This document shows positions 45,101 through 54,561 of a DNA stretch of 64,000 nucleotides, one piece after another. The notes under the pieces were generated by a model that was not told where the DNA came from, ran no database searches, and saw only the letters and a list, made by a program, of their open reading frames with translations. Every line of letters begins with the position of its first letter. The first letter of the stretch is position 1. Source of the DNA: Paraspadella gotoi (lineage: Eukaryota; Animalia; Chaetognatha); NCBI GenBank assembly GCA_051294375.1, contig CM119266.1, forward strand, positions 26,230,851-26,294,850, read 5' to 3'. Made by a program: the position numbers and the translations under genes.

Positions 45101-48100
45101 GAATGGCCTAGAAGCTGAAGGCACTGACGAGCACGTGGTGCGGTCGTTGGCAAAGATCCTCCGCGAGGGAGAGCGAAGAGTCGTAATTTTCGGTCTCCGG
45201 GAGCGCGATGGGGTGGGCGAGGCTGTCCCACACAAAACCGAGGGAAATCGAAGCTCTGAGAGGGAGACAGGCTCGACTTCTGAAGGTGGATGATGAACCC
45301 CGCCTTCTTGAGTAGCCACACCGCCTTCCGAGTGGCTCGTCGACAATTGTCCGCCGAGGAACCCAGGATCAAGATGCCGTCTTTATAAAAAAAGGCATCG
45401 AATCCCCCTGTGGGCGGAGCCACTGCACTAAAGGGCCTCGTCGTCTTGGTGAAAAGCCAAGGCCCATCGAGAGGCCGAATGGAAGGACTGTACTGGTAGA
45501 TGCGGCCCTTCCAAAAGAAGCAGCAAAAATTCCGATGATCCTCGTGGATCGGGAGATGGAGATAAGCATCTCGAAGGTCTATCGAGGCACCCCAATCGCC
45601 TCGTTGAAACATCCTTCGAACGTCCGGGGCTCCTTCCATCCGGAAATAAGGCGGCGAAAGGAACGAGAGTTGAGCTTTTTTAAGTTCAAAATCGGGGCCA
45701 GCCTCCATCTTACTTCGTAACGAAAAATCTTGGAAAGAAAACCCCGGAGAAACCGGACTACCTCGATGGCGTTCTTCTCCAAAGCCGCCGCAATCTCCGC
45801 GTCGACCAAGGCGTCTCAGTCCCAAAGATGGTGTCTCGTCCGAGGGAAGATGGAAGCGTGCTGGAAACTGCTTCGCCCCCTCGAGACGGAATCCCGAGAA
45901 GTTATCGAGAATGGGCGACGTCTCGCCAACGAGCGTCGTCCAAAAGGGTTGAAAGAGACGAAGCCGAACTCCGACGGGGACTTCCGGAAGAAAGCGCCGG
46001 CGTGGAAAGGTTCGTGTCGAGACTCGAGTCCATGGGCGGATCCAGGCCTAAAACCTGGGCGTCGGACGAGCGGCGACCGCGAGGGAGGCGTTTCGAGTCA
46101 TTCGCCGGGACGCAAGTCCCAGCCCTTCCCGTTTCCCGACTTCTTGCGGGGAGCAGCCTTCTTGGTCACTTGCGCTTGAAGGAAGACTTCGAGCGGAAAC
46201 GAGGGCGCTGTTGCAGCGGGTTTGGCGCGAGCGACGTTCGTAGAAAGCGTCGAGTTGAGCCGCCGACTCCACCTCGCTTCCCTGAATACCAAAAAGGAAG
46301 ATGCGGTGGCGCGGAGCGAGAAAGCGTTGGCGCGGAGATCCTGCGGCGCCACAGCGAGTACTTGGCGGCGGATCTCGCCGACAAAGGTTGAGGGACGCCG
46401 CTTGAATAAGAGGCCGCGTCGCGAAGCGGGCGGCAAGGGCGTTCAACGCTAGCGCTGACCTCATTTCTGGACGAGCCGGGACGGAAGAGCCTCCTTGATT
46501 CCGCGCAGCTCATCGGCAACTGTAAGGATGGCATGCGCCGCAGTAGCGCCGTTCTCCTGCATCGCACGTGATAAAAGAGCGGAGAGAAGCCGTCGTTATT
46601 CCCCTTGGAAAACGCCAACTCGAATTGAGCGGAGAGGCACGTGTCCGGCGTCGGAGCGGTGAACTCCGGAGGAGAAGCGACGTCAATCCAGTGGCGGTAT
46701 ACTGCCGGTCGCCTGGGTGTCCCAGCGCGTTCCAGTTGGCCGTGAGGAAGACCCCTTCCCCAACGCAGCGAAGAGAACGCCACATGTCACGAACCTGGAA
46801 CCGGCGCCGACCTGCTCGTGGGCAGGAAGTCGTCGAAAACCGCCGACGTCGTCATCCGAAGACAAAACTTCTCCCTCCTCCGCGAATCGGAGGAGTACTT
46901 GGCGTCCGGATCCGGCACTGTGTGGGATCGATGACGCTTGGTAGAGGCGAGACCGTGTGACGGTCCGAGGCCGGCGCCCGATCTGAGAGGGGCCGCCTAC
47001 TGGAGTCGGAACAGCATGGAAGGAATTCGAGACTCGTCAAACGAGGCGAAGCGTAGTGGAGAGAAAACCGGCCGATATGGAATCGTCACATGTAAAAAAA
47101 CGTAAGCGGTAAACAAATTAGCGCGAGAATTAAACGGAAAACTCCCGAACCCCCCCCCTTCTCCCCAACCCCTTTCCTAAGCACGCAAAGCCAGAAAAAA
47201 CATGGTAGGAGACAAAAAGGGGTGGGACGGTGGATCGGGCAAGGCGGACGATATAGAATTAATATTCATAAAGGAATTAAAATTCTCATATCGGTCCGCC
47301 TGCCACGAAATGCCCCATGCCAAGAGGCGGAGGAAAAAAACCCCACTACGCCATCTGCCGGGAAAAACTCACCGCCCCAAAGCGTCGAAACGCCGCTGAG
47401 ACTCGCGGCGACAATCGTCGAAATCCTTAAGCTGTTCAGTGACGAAACCATCGTCCAAAGGACAGACTCCAGTCCTCTGGTCTCGTCATCCGGCAGTGGG
47501 GGATGACCAGACCGGCCGCCACTTGGTCCGAGAGCAGCGAGAGAGGGCGCCTCGAACGAAGCCCCACTGCTCGGCCAGGCAACGGAAAAAGTCGGTTGGT
47601 ACGGGCCGAGTCCCAAAACCGACGGAATCGGGCTGCCAAAAACCGCGGTAAGGGGAGAAGGCGGTGTCGGTGGGGGCGGGGGCGAGTCCGCTCGGTCTCT
47701 CTTGGACCTCTCGAGCCCCGAGGGACCTCCAATCCCTCTCTACGTTTAGAGACTTGTCCGAACGTTTTCGGCTGTCAGACTTCTTGTCCGAACGTTCATC
47801 TCTGCTTGATGACTTCTTATGAGCGGGTTTCGAACGTAGATATACGAGAAAATCGTGAAAAAGTCAAAAAAAACGCGAAATCAGTAAGGAACAAACCGAC
47901 TAGATGAGCACGAAAAAAGAATGAGGCTTCGTATTCCCGGATGAGGGAGGAGCCGCTTGGGATTTGCCGGCTCCCATTGGTCAAGGCCGGTCACGTGACG
48001 GCATTCCCTGGTTTTTCTTTTTTGCATTTTCGATGTTATTTTGTTCGTTTTTCTACTCTGACAAACGCGCGATCTATCGACTAGCGCGAACAAAAGGGAT

Positions 48101-51100
48101 TTCGTGGCGACGGCGGACCGATATGAGAATTATAAAGATATTAAAAAAGGCGATTTGAAACACCGCCGACAACAACTACACCATTTATGGGGCCACGTCC
48201 CATAATCGTCGCAAGCGTAAGTATATCGACAATAAAAAGTGATGTGAAGATCATTAAATTAAAAATTCTTCACTGGTTCGAAATCTCACGCCCTTTTCAC
48301 CTTTGACAATTGCGGGTGCCAACGAAGGCCTGAGAATTCCGAACCGGAGACGTCCAAAAGACTAGGCGCCATTGAAGTGGACCAACTCCGGCCGTGGGTC
48401 TGAGAAATAATTTGAGCATTGTTATACGAGCTAATTTTTAAAAAAAGTAATCTAATTCTAATTATTTTTTCGAACCAAGTTCTGCGATTTTAAACATTAC
48501 TCCTTACGTTGAGACAGTCCTAGCAGTGAAGCCCACCAATTTATATTATTATTTTTTTATATTTTTAAACCATGGATCAGTACTTTTTATTTTTAATTTT
48601 AGAAATTATCCTTTGTTCTTGAAAACCAACCCCGTTTCCTGAGGTTGACGGAGTAACGTTGGCGAGATTAAAGACGTCAATCTCGACCTCTTTTTCTGAG
48701 AGTTTCTGCGGAAAGAAAAAGCGGGAGAGCGAAGTTTCGATCAGAGTCTACAAAGCGACAGGAAGCTGACAAATATAACGCCATCAAGTTGACGAGAATC
48801 TTGCTTAAAAAAAATTCAACATTTTTCTAATAGAGAATTCCGTTCAAATCTGACTACCCAAATTGCAAACGCGTTTGCCAGAAATTCGGTTAAAAAACAC
48901 TTGTAAAACGCACGATTCCGAGAGCGTTGCATCTGAAGAGCTTGTCCTATTCGTTTATGGCATTTGATAAAGGATTTAATATCAAACAAGCCAGGGGAAA
49001 TGCATACTCATCTCCGGAGAATTTTCAAACCTCATTTTTACTATAGGAATGAAAGGGAAAGTTGACAAACTTAAAATTGCAAACGGGATTGCTATATGTT
49101 CCTGTTACATGAGCGACTTCGAATTTCGCGATTCTGATAGCTTTGTGTCTGAAGAGCTTGTCCTATTTTTCTTTTTTCCTTTTATAATAATTTTTGACAT
49201 AAAATGATCAGGTTTAAATGAAATAGTCCGGTTTGAATCACGAAAATTTTATTTAAAAGAAATTAAAAGGAAGGTGAGAAAAAAACTGATTTTTCCTAAT
49301 ATCTTTTGAAGGAATAAAGATAAATGGATGGTAATAGTACCAAAATGAAGCCATAATCATAGGGCACATACAAGATACAATTTTAGAATTACTTATGCTG
49401 AAACCTCCTTACAGGTGAGTGTCAAACTAAGTCAAAATTATAATGAATTTTAAAACTAATGACACCCCATAAGAATAAATGAAAATTTAATTCTTTTTAA
49501 TGATTCTGAAAAGAAAAAGGCTAAATTGTACTCTAGTAAAACTTTAAAGTTTTTTGGATAAAGAAAATGTGAATTTTTTGTCACTTAAATATTTGCTTGT
49601 CTGATTTTACAAGCATGCTTACAAAATTCTAACAAATATTATTCACCCATCACAGCCTAAGTATTTATCTTTCTTTTCCACCAGCAAAAAATAAACATTA
49701 TTTTATGCTAGAGAACAGGGATGTTTACTGAAATGACCCGGAAGACATTCAACCTCTTCATTTACTGTCATTTTTCAATAAATAAATAGGCGGAATTTTA
49801 ATTATTTAACTCTCACAGGCTTCACAAGACATTATACTTCATAATATCCCAATGTTAATGTAATTTATTATATTTTTACCCAGAAATGATAAAATAACAG
49901 AAAGTTGTGGATTCCCTTCGCTCGTTTAAGAAAAAAAAATTAACTAGCGGAATTATAAGTTTGTAAGAGGAAGTCAGAATCGGCGAAAATCTTAAAAAGG
50001 CGAGAATGTTGAAAAAAGGGGTGGAATTTTGATGGGTTTCCTAAGATTTCTCCACAATGTGACGTCGATTAAAGCGAAACTTGAGATTTACAATATTCCC
50101 GTCATTCCACATCTATCGATATAAAAATATGAAGAAAAAGTCACTGGCTTCTTTTTCTATAACGCCATCAAGCGTCAGAGGGAAGAGCCACTACCGTCTA
50201 CCAAAAAAGGGAAATTTCGAGCGGAAAGAGTCTCGCGAAATAATTGAAAAAAGACAACATTACTCACGTTGTGACCGCTTCCGGATTCGTTAGCCCCGCT
50301 CGCGCTTTGGTTCGAAAGGTTGGTGTCCGAAGGAAGGACGTTATTCAAGTATCCTGGACAAAAAAAGGGTTAATCGTCTCGACAAACAAAAAAGACCAAA
50401 TACAAATATCTAACCGGCCAAGGAGTGGTCCTCGTCGCCTGCAGAGTCGCCCATGGAATCCCGGAAAGAGTTAATCTCTTCGTCGATGTGAGCGAAGGCG
50501 CAAAAGGGTCCGCGGGGACAGTACCCCGTCTGACGCGGAACGAATAGTCGAAATTCTTTGTCAAAATTTATTTATTTCTTTTTAAATGGACACCCTCTTG
50601 TCCAACATACAACATTTAGCAATGACAAAACATTTCCAGCAAAAAATATCAGTTAACGCTTAACCTGCAGCATGTCGTTGCACTTGGTGGACTTGTAAAT
50701 CTCGGGGTGGAATTGTTGCTCCGTCCTGGTGTGACAGTAGGCGCACTGGTCGCCGCTCTCGCAGTTGGCCGGCTCGCCCCACTCGTCCCCATGCTTAACG
50801 CTGGGGCACGGCGTTGATCGGTACTTGAATGTTTTGGGGCTGCGTCGACGGTCTTTGTTGTTGTGGTACTGCGGGCAGGCGTAGCCCTGACGGCAGAGCC
50901 TGGGCGGCCGCTTACACTGGTCCGTCTTATAATGGGCGAGCACGAAAGCCGTGCCCTGCCACTTGGGATCTTCGGCCAGGCCGCGCTCGCGATTGTCGAG
51001 GTTGTTGGGCAGTTGGGAGGCGTCGTCGCGTCCCGCGTGGTGATGTTGATGGTGCGCGTCGACTTCACGTGCGTCGAATACCGGAGGTCGTAGGTCGTTG

Positions 51101-51585
51101 CCGCCGTGGCTGAAGGCGCAGTGAACGCCGTTTTTGACGCAGTGGCCGCGGGAGTCTGTCTCATGAACGCAGGGAGCAGTTTTGTAATAGCGCAGATGGT
51201 AGCGGCGTTCCGTGTCGCCCGCTGTTCGGTGGAGAAGTGGGCAATCGTCGCCGTCGGGACAAATACCCGTTGTCTCGTCGTAATTGGTGCAGTATAGGTC
51301 GGGGGAATAGCTTTTAAAAGTTAGGAGAAAAATAAAATTATTAAAAATAGACAGGATGACCTTTAAAACTTTCAATTCAGCCTACTTAAAAGCGCCGTCG
51401 CGTTTCTTGGCCGGTCGTCGTCTACGCTGGTTCATAAAGTGCCAGTGGAAACACGTGAACGGTCGATGTTGCGTGCATTTGTGTTGCAGGAACAGTGGAC
51501 ACTGTTCCACGCGAAATTCCTTAAGGTACTGGTAATGATGGGGTTTTTCGGCGGCGCCCGTAGGCGTCTTCACTTCCGTTGTCAT
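39102..51585 (-). CDS. UNK: Unkempt (CCCH zinc-finger RNA-binding protein), multi-exon, with TE-expanded introns
   Basis: EKPHHYQYLKEFRVEQCPLFLQHKCTQHRPFTCFHWHFMNQRRRRP, CPLLHRTAGDTERRYHLRYYKT, CKRPPRLCRQGYACPQYHN, CHTRTEQQFHPEIYKSTKCND, and the C-terminal coiled coil AWEECMMQARK|ACDAWKKEAEDA. Confidence 0.93.
39645..40690 (-). mobile_element. HINE / DINE-1-like non-autonomous Helentron, copy 1
   Basis: Minus-strand 5' end TTTTTATCGTTGCAATCG-CTTAG-CGTTTGCGACGAT (subTIR plus hairpin), a conserved core, GA-rich microsatellite-like DNA, then 3' subTIR CGATTGCGACGAT with a short stem-loop and TTT. Inserted in a T-run. Homologous to 61111-61825. Confidence 0.75.
42457..42795. mobile_element. MITE family D (long imperfect TIRs), nested in HINE copy 3
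   Basis: ggtatagagccat ... atggctctatacc, plus the inner inverted pair cgtttgagcatatactcactctaaatttttgact / agtcaaaaatttcgagtaagtacatgctcaaacg. Confidence 0.7.
43183..44106 (-). CDS. DIRS tyrosine recombinase (frameshifted)
   Basis: LFLVALASARRPSEIVSL (catalytic Arg box), LSKTD, CPVQALRIW, GSTRAMAVS (the H of HSTR is replaced by G) and ILRAGDWS...TF. Confidence 0.85.
   Translation of the reverse strand: MHYLSDIDDSTFSVIVDSWRGSTRERFARAWSSFCDFLQDREVRGSQASLEDVLRYLGFCARRASCTAQSTFTDRPSQLLSPPGGSAGWRASFGPAPPQGSFRETPLPHVGPSHVECGLGFTHSRLGATSDRAEDLLRRSLFLVALASARRPSEIVSLRCDAGYLSLAADHVRLVPSTLSKTDRVGHMGPAFHLDSLPLSDRCPVQALRIWLSLRSDLAPPHNFLFCAPRAPLRQLSTQRFASHLKELFLEADVSAAPGSTRAMAVSTLCPRSDLGVILRAGDWSGAQTFFPFLLQGRRVERPSGIF
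44130..45825 (-). CDS. DIRS reverse transcriptase / RNase H / methyltransferase-like domain (frameshifted)
   Basis: WRLAPILNLKKLN, SIDLRDAYLHLPI, LPFGLS, FYKDGILI (degenerate YxDD), VTTDASSQGWG (RNase H), and PSIDLF..DALAQRW..AYLFPP (DIRS MT domain). Confidence 0.88.
45830..46800 (-). CDS. DIRS ORF1 (gag-like), fragmented
   Basis: Lies upstream of the RT on the same strand, with broken frames (e.g. NLCRR/EIRRQVLAV...SFLVF). Assigned by position only. Confidence 0.5.
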
Positions 51586-52010
51586 GGTTACTTACGAATT
51601 ACGTATATGTAGAAAAGTTTTATAATTATCTATGAAGGCGACCAAACCGAAACGCCAAATTCGAAGGAAGTCATGGAGATTAAATTAGTTGCGTTTTTAT
51701 TGTTTATTTGAAACCTAATGGAGTAGTTATTGCTTCGAATGCAATTGGAGCGCAAGAGCGATAACTATCGCCCGAGTCGTCCTCGTCTTCTCTTATCGAT
51801 TTCCACTTGGCTAACAATTATTGCGATCCCACGTTTGAAGCTCATTTTTGAATGAAAGTCGGTTTTTTCCCTGAACTGCTAAATAAAAATTATACGCATT
51901 TTTAGCAAAAAAAATAACGATTGGGAGAAAGCGGGAGAGGTAAAGAGAATAGGGGCGGTACCAAGGGGATTAGCAGTCATTTTGTGCTAACTTTCCGACA
52001 GAAGAACGAG

Positions 52011-52819
52011 TCACATAAAATCGTCGGAATCTGCCCCGCTATCGTAGTTCGTTTTCATGTTCTCAGGCTTAAAAAGAGAATCGTAAGATCTCAACGCCTT
52101 CTCTTCCTCTCTTCGCTTCTTTTCTTCTTCCTCGGCCACAGCCCGCTCCCGCGCGGCGGCTTTTGATTTCGCGCGTTCTTTCGAGTCTCGCGCTTCGCGT
52201 TCCGATCGAAAGTCAACATTCAGTTTTTCCACTTTAGTTTTGTTTAACCTTTTCAAACGACGTGTAAAAAAGGAGGCATGGAAATTGGGGGGGAGAGAAA
52301 CAAGAAAAAAGAGAATTAAAAAAGAGAAGAAGTGAGGAGGCAGTTAACTTTTTTTACTGACCTATTAACTATCTCGTTGATTCTCTTTTCGATGCGAACT
52401 TTCTTGACATCCTTGTGCCGATGGAAGCCGACTTGTCCAACGTCCATGTCGGGCGTCTTTTTTAAATTTGACCACATGGTGTAGACGACGTCGAGGTTGC
52501 CCGTCTTGTTGCCCGTGATCGAATTGGCCTTGACGAGTTGGGCGCAGTCTTGGATAAGCGCCTCCGGGATGGAATCAATCGTATCGCCTGTCGCAGTGGG
52601 AAAGATGAGAATCGATAGAACGCAAACGAGTGACGATCAATTTTGCTTTTTACCTTCTTTGAGTCTGAGATAGACGTGAGCAGACGAGAGCTTGTCGACA
52701 TGAAACCAAACGTCTTCGTCGAATCCCCAGCGGATGAGTTCCTCGTTCTCGTGTTTGTCAAATCCCATAAATATCGTCGCAGGCGGATCGACCGCGATGC
52801 TCGTGAAGTAAAACACCAT
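52011..52819 (-). CDS. CCDC25: Coiled-coil domain-containing protein 25 (NFACT-R)
   Basis: MVFYFTS...[75 protein letters not shown], and C-terminal [27 protein letters not shown]. Confidence 0.96.
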
Positions 52820-53014
52820 ATCAGTTCGCCGATAAAACTAACTATTACCGAAAAAATAGGGTCAATAAATTAGTAATTATAATAAAAATAAGAATTAAAA
52901 ATTATGAGCAGAGAAGAAACCAAGCAGCTTCAATTTATTTTTGGTTAAAATTTCAATTCTCCTTCAGCCGCCAAAGCGTAAAAGCGATTTTTTTTTTCTA
53001 CAGAAAGAAAATGG

Positions 53015-54394
53015 CTATTTGAAGATAGAGGCGCTGTACAGCTTGTGGCCTGCGAACTTGCGGGAAGGGCTCCAATGCTGCGGCTTGTACTCTTGGACCT
53101 CTTCTTCGTGAAGGAAGAAAGCCTCCACTAATGCTTTTGTTTCGTTGGCCTCGGGATCGAGCCTGTACCAAAGGTAATTTTCGTAGTCGACTTTCCAGTT
53201 TTTCGAGAGTTGGAAGACATTCTCTGGTCCGCGCCAGATCCAAAGGCCTTGTATTTGCGCGTCATGCGACTTCCCGAAAAGACCGACGCTGGCGAAGGCG
53301 TACTTGTTTAGGTTACCTAGGCGCTGAAACATGCCTAAAAAACATAGAAAAATCAAAGCTTTTAGGGCAATTACTTCCCTGAATGCTGCTCATTAACACT
53401 TCTGTCCAGCAGACCCACCAGTAATGAGATTTTCGGCCTTGAACATCAGCCCGAGATCTTCCGGGTATCTGTACTCACAAAGCCAAATGGAATACTGTTC
53501 TCTGTCGAAGTTTTTCCAAAAGTAGGGTATAGCCTTTGACTTGATGTCTTCGTTGGAATAGACTTTTTTGAAATCGGCCAGCACGAAGGACGATTTTGGG
53601 AAACCAACGAACGGATCGTAATCCTTTGCCACGCTTCCGACGTCGGCCGACGCCGCCTCCGTCTCCTTCGACGCTCTCTTTGCCTTCTCTCCCTTGCCGC
53701 CATTCTTTCCCGTCTTGGCAGAGAACTCAGCAAATTTTTGGGGTTCAAACTGGGACATTTTTTGACAAAGGGCGAACTTGCCGATGACCTTTTTCACTTG
53801 CGTCTGGTTAACCATGGTGACGAACCAGCGAGTGACGTTGACGAAGCCGGCACGAAATTCTGGATCCAGAACCCATTTGAAGGGCAGCAAGAGGTTGGCC
53901 ATGACGCAAATATCGGCCAGCGAAATGCGTTCCCCGACGAGGAAAGTTTTCAGATGTAGATGGCGATTGAGGGCGTCCAAGGCGCGGCTGAGATCATCCT
54001 TGGCGCGATCCGCGGCTTGCTTATTGAAACTCATGATGCCCATGCAAGGAAAAACCCAGGTGCAGGCCGCCGGAAGAATTTCGTTGTCAGCAAAAGATAT
54101 CCATTGTTGAACGAATGCCTGGTCCGCGACCGTCTTGCCCCGCATCTGTTCGTCGGCCAAGAAGTACGCAATAGCATTGCTTTCGAAGATGCGCTTACCG
54201 TCTGCCGACTCGAAAGCCGGCACTTTGCCCAGCGGAAACTTGGCCAAAAACTCGGCCGACGCGTTTGTCTCGCCAAGAACGAAATCAGGAGGCTGTGAAA
54301 GAACTTTGACTTTGGCTCCTGAATACTCGGCGGCAATGAGAGCTTTGAAAGCCCGGAAGTTGTCCGGGTAGGTGTAAAGAGTGCCAGTGACCAT
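53015..54394 (-). CDS. EEF1G: Elongation factor 1-gamma, two exons
   Basis: MVTGTLYTYPDNFRAFKALIAAEYSG, KFPLGKVPAFE, FKKVYSNED, PYFWKNFDREQYSIW, NLITG|MFQRL and AFASVGLFG. Confidence 0.97.
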
Positions 54395-54561
54395 ATTGAT
54401 TAGATTGGAAAGGTCTATATTCTAAAGTTCAAAAAAAAAAACCAAAAAAGGCACGCCTCCCACACAGATGGATGGCCCTGAAAAAAAAAAACAGCTCAAC
54501 AAAATCGTCAACAACCGCGTAAACAGTAACGAGCTCAAAACCGACAAACATATAATGACGA

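Larger units (their letters stand above)
42941..48131 (-). mobile_element. DIRS1-like tyrosine-recombinase retrotransposon, full length but frameshifted
   Basis: ~200-bp inverted terminal repeats (~42962-43176 and ~47923-48131), a terminal extension at ~42941-42961, an ICR at ~47243-47315, and overlapping gag-like, RT/RNase H/MT and YR ORFs on the minus strand. Confidence 0.93.
42064..48238 (-). mobile_element. HINE copy 3 (diverged), split by the DIRS insertion
   Basis: aaatcttaaagaataaggatcgtcgcaatcg at 42064 (3' end). The core acattgatgataagaaatgtatctaaattttcagcttcata stops at ~42940 and resumes after 48131 (aaaaaaggcgat...atcgtcgcaagcgtaagtatatcgacaataaaaa). Confidence 0.7.

Noticed and set aside
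43183-46800. Programmed frameshifting or recoding in the DIRS ORFs
   Set aside because: Indels are numerous and scattered, including in the ITRs and ICR, which fits decay or consensus error.
48855-49170. Repeated tctgaagagcttgtcctatt as a hammerhead pair
   Set aside because: There is no stem II or GAAA box after CTGAAGA; it is only a degenerate ~215-bp direct duplication.
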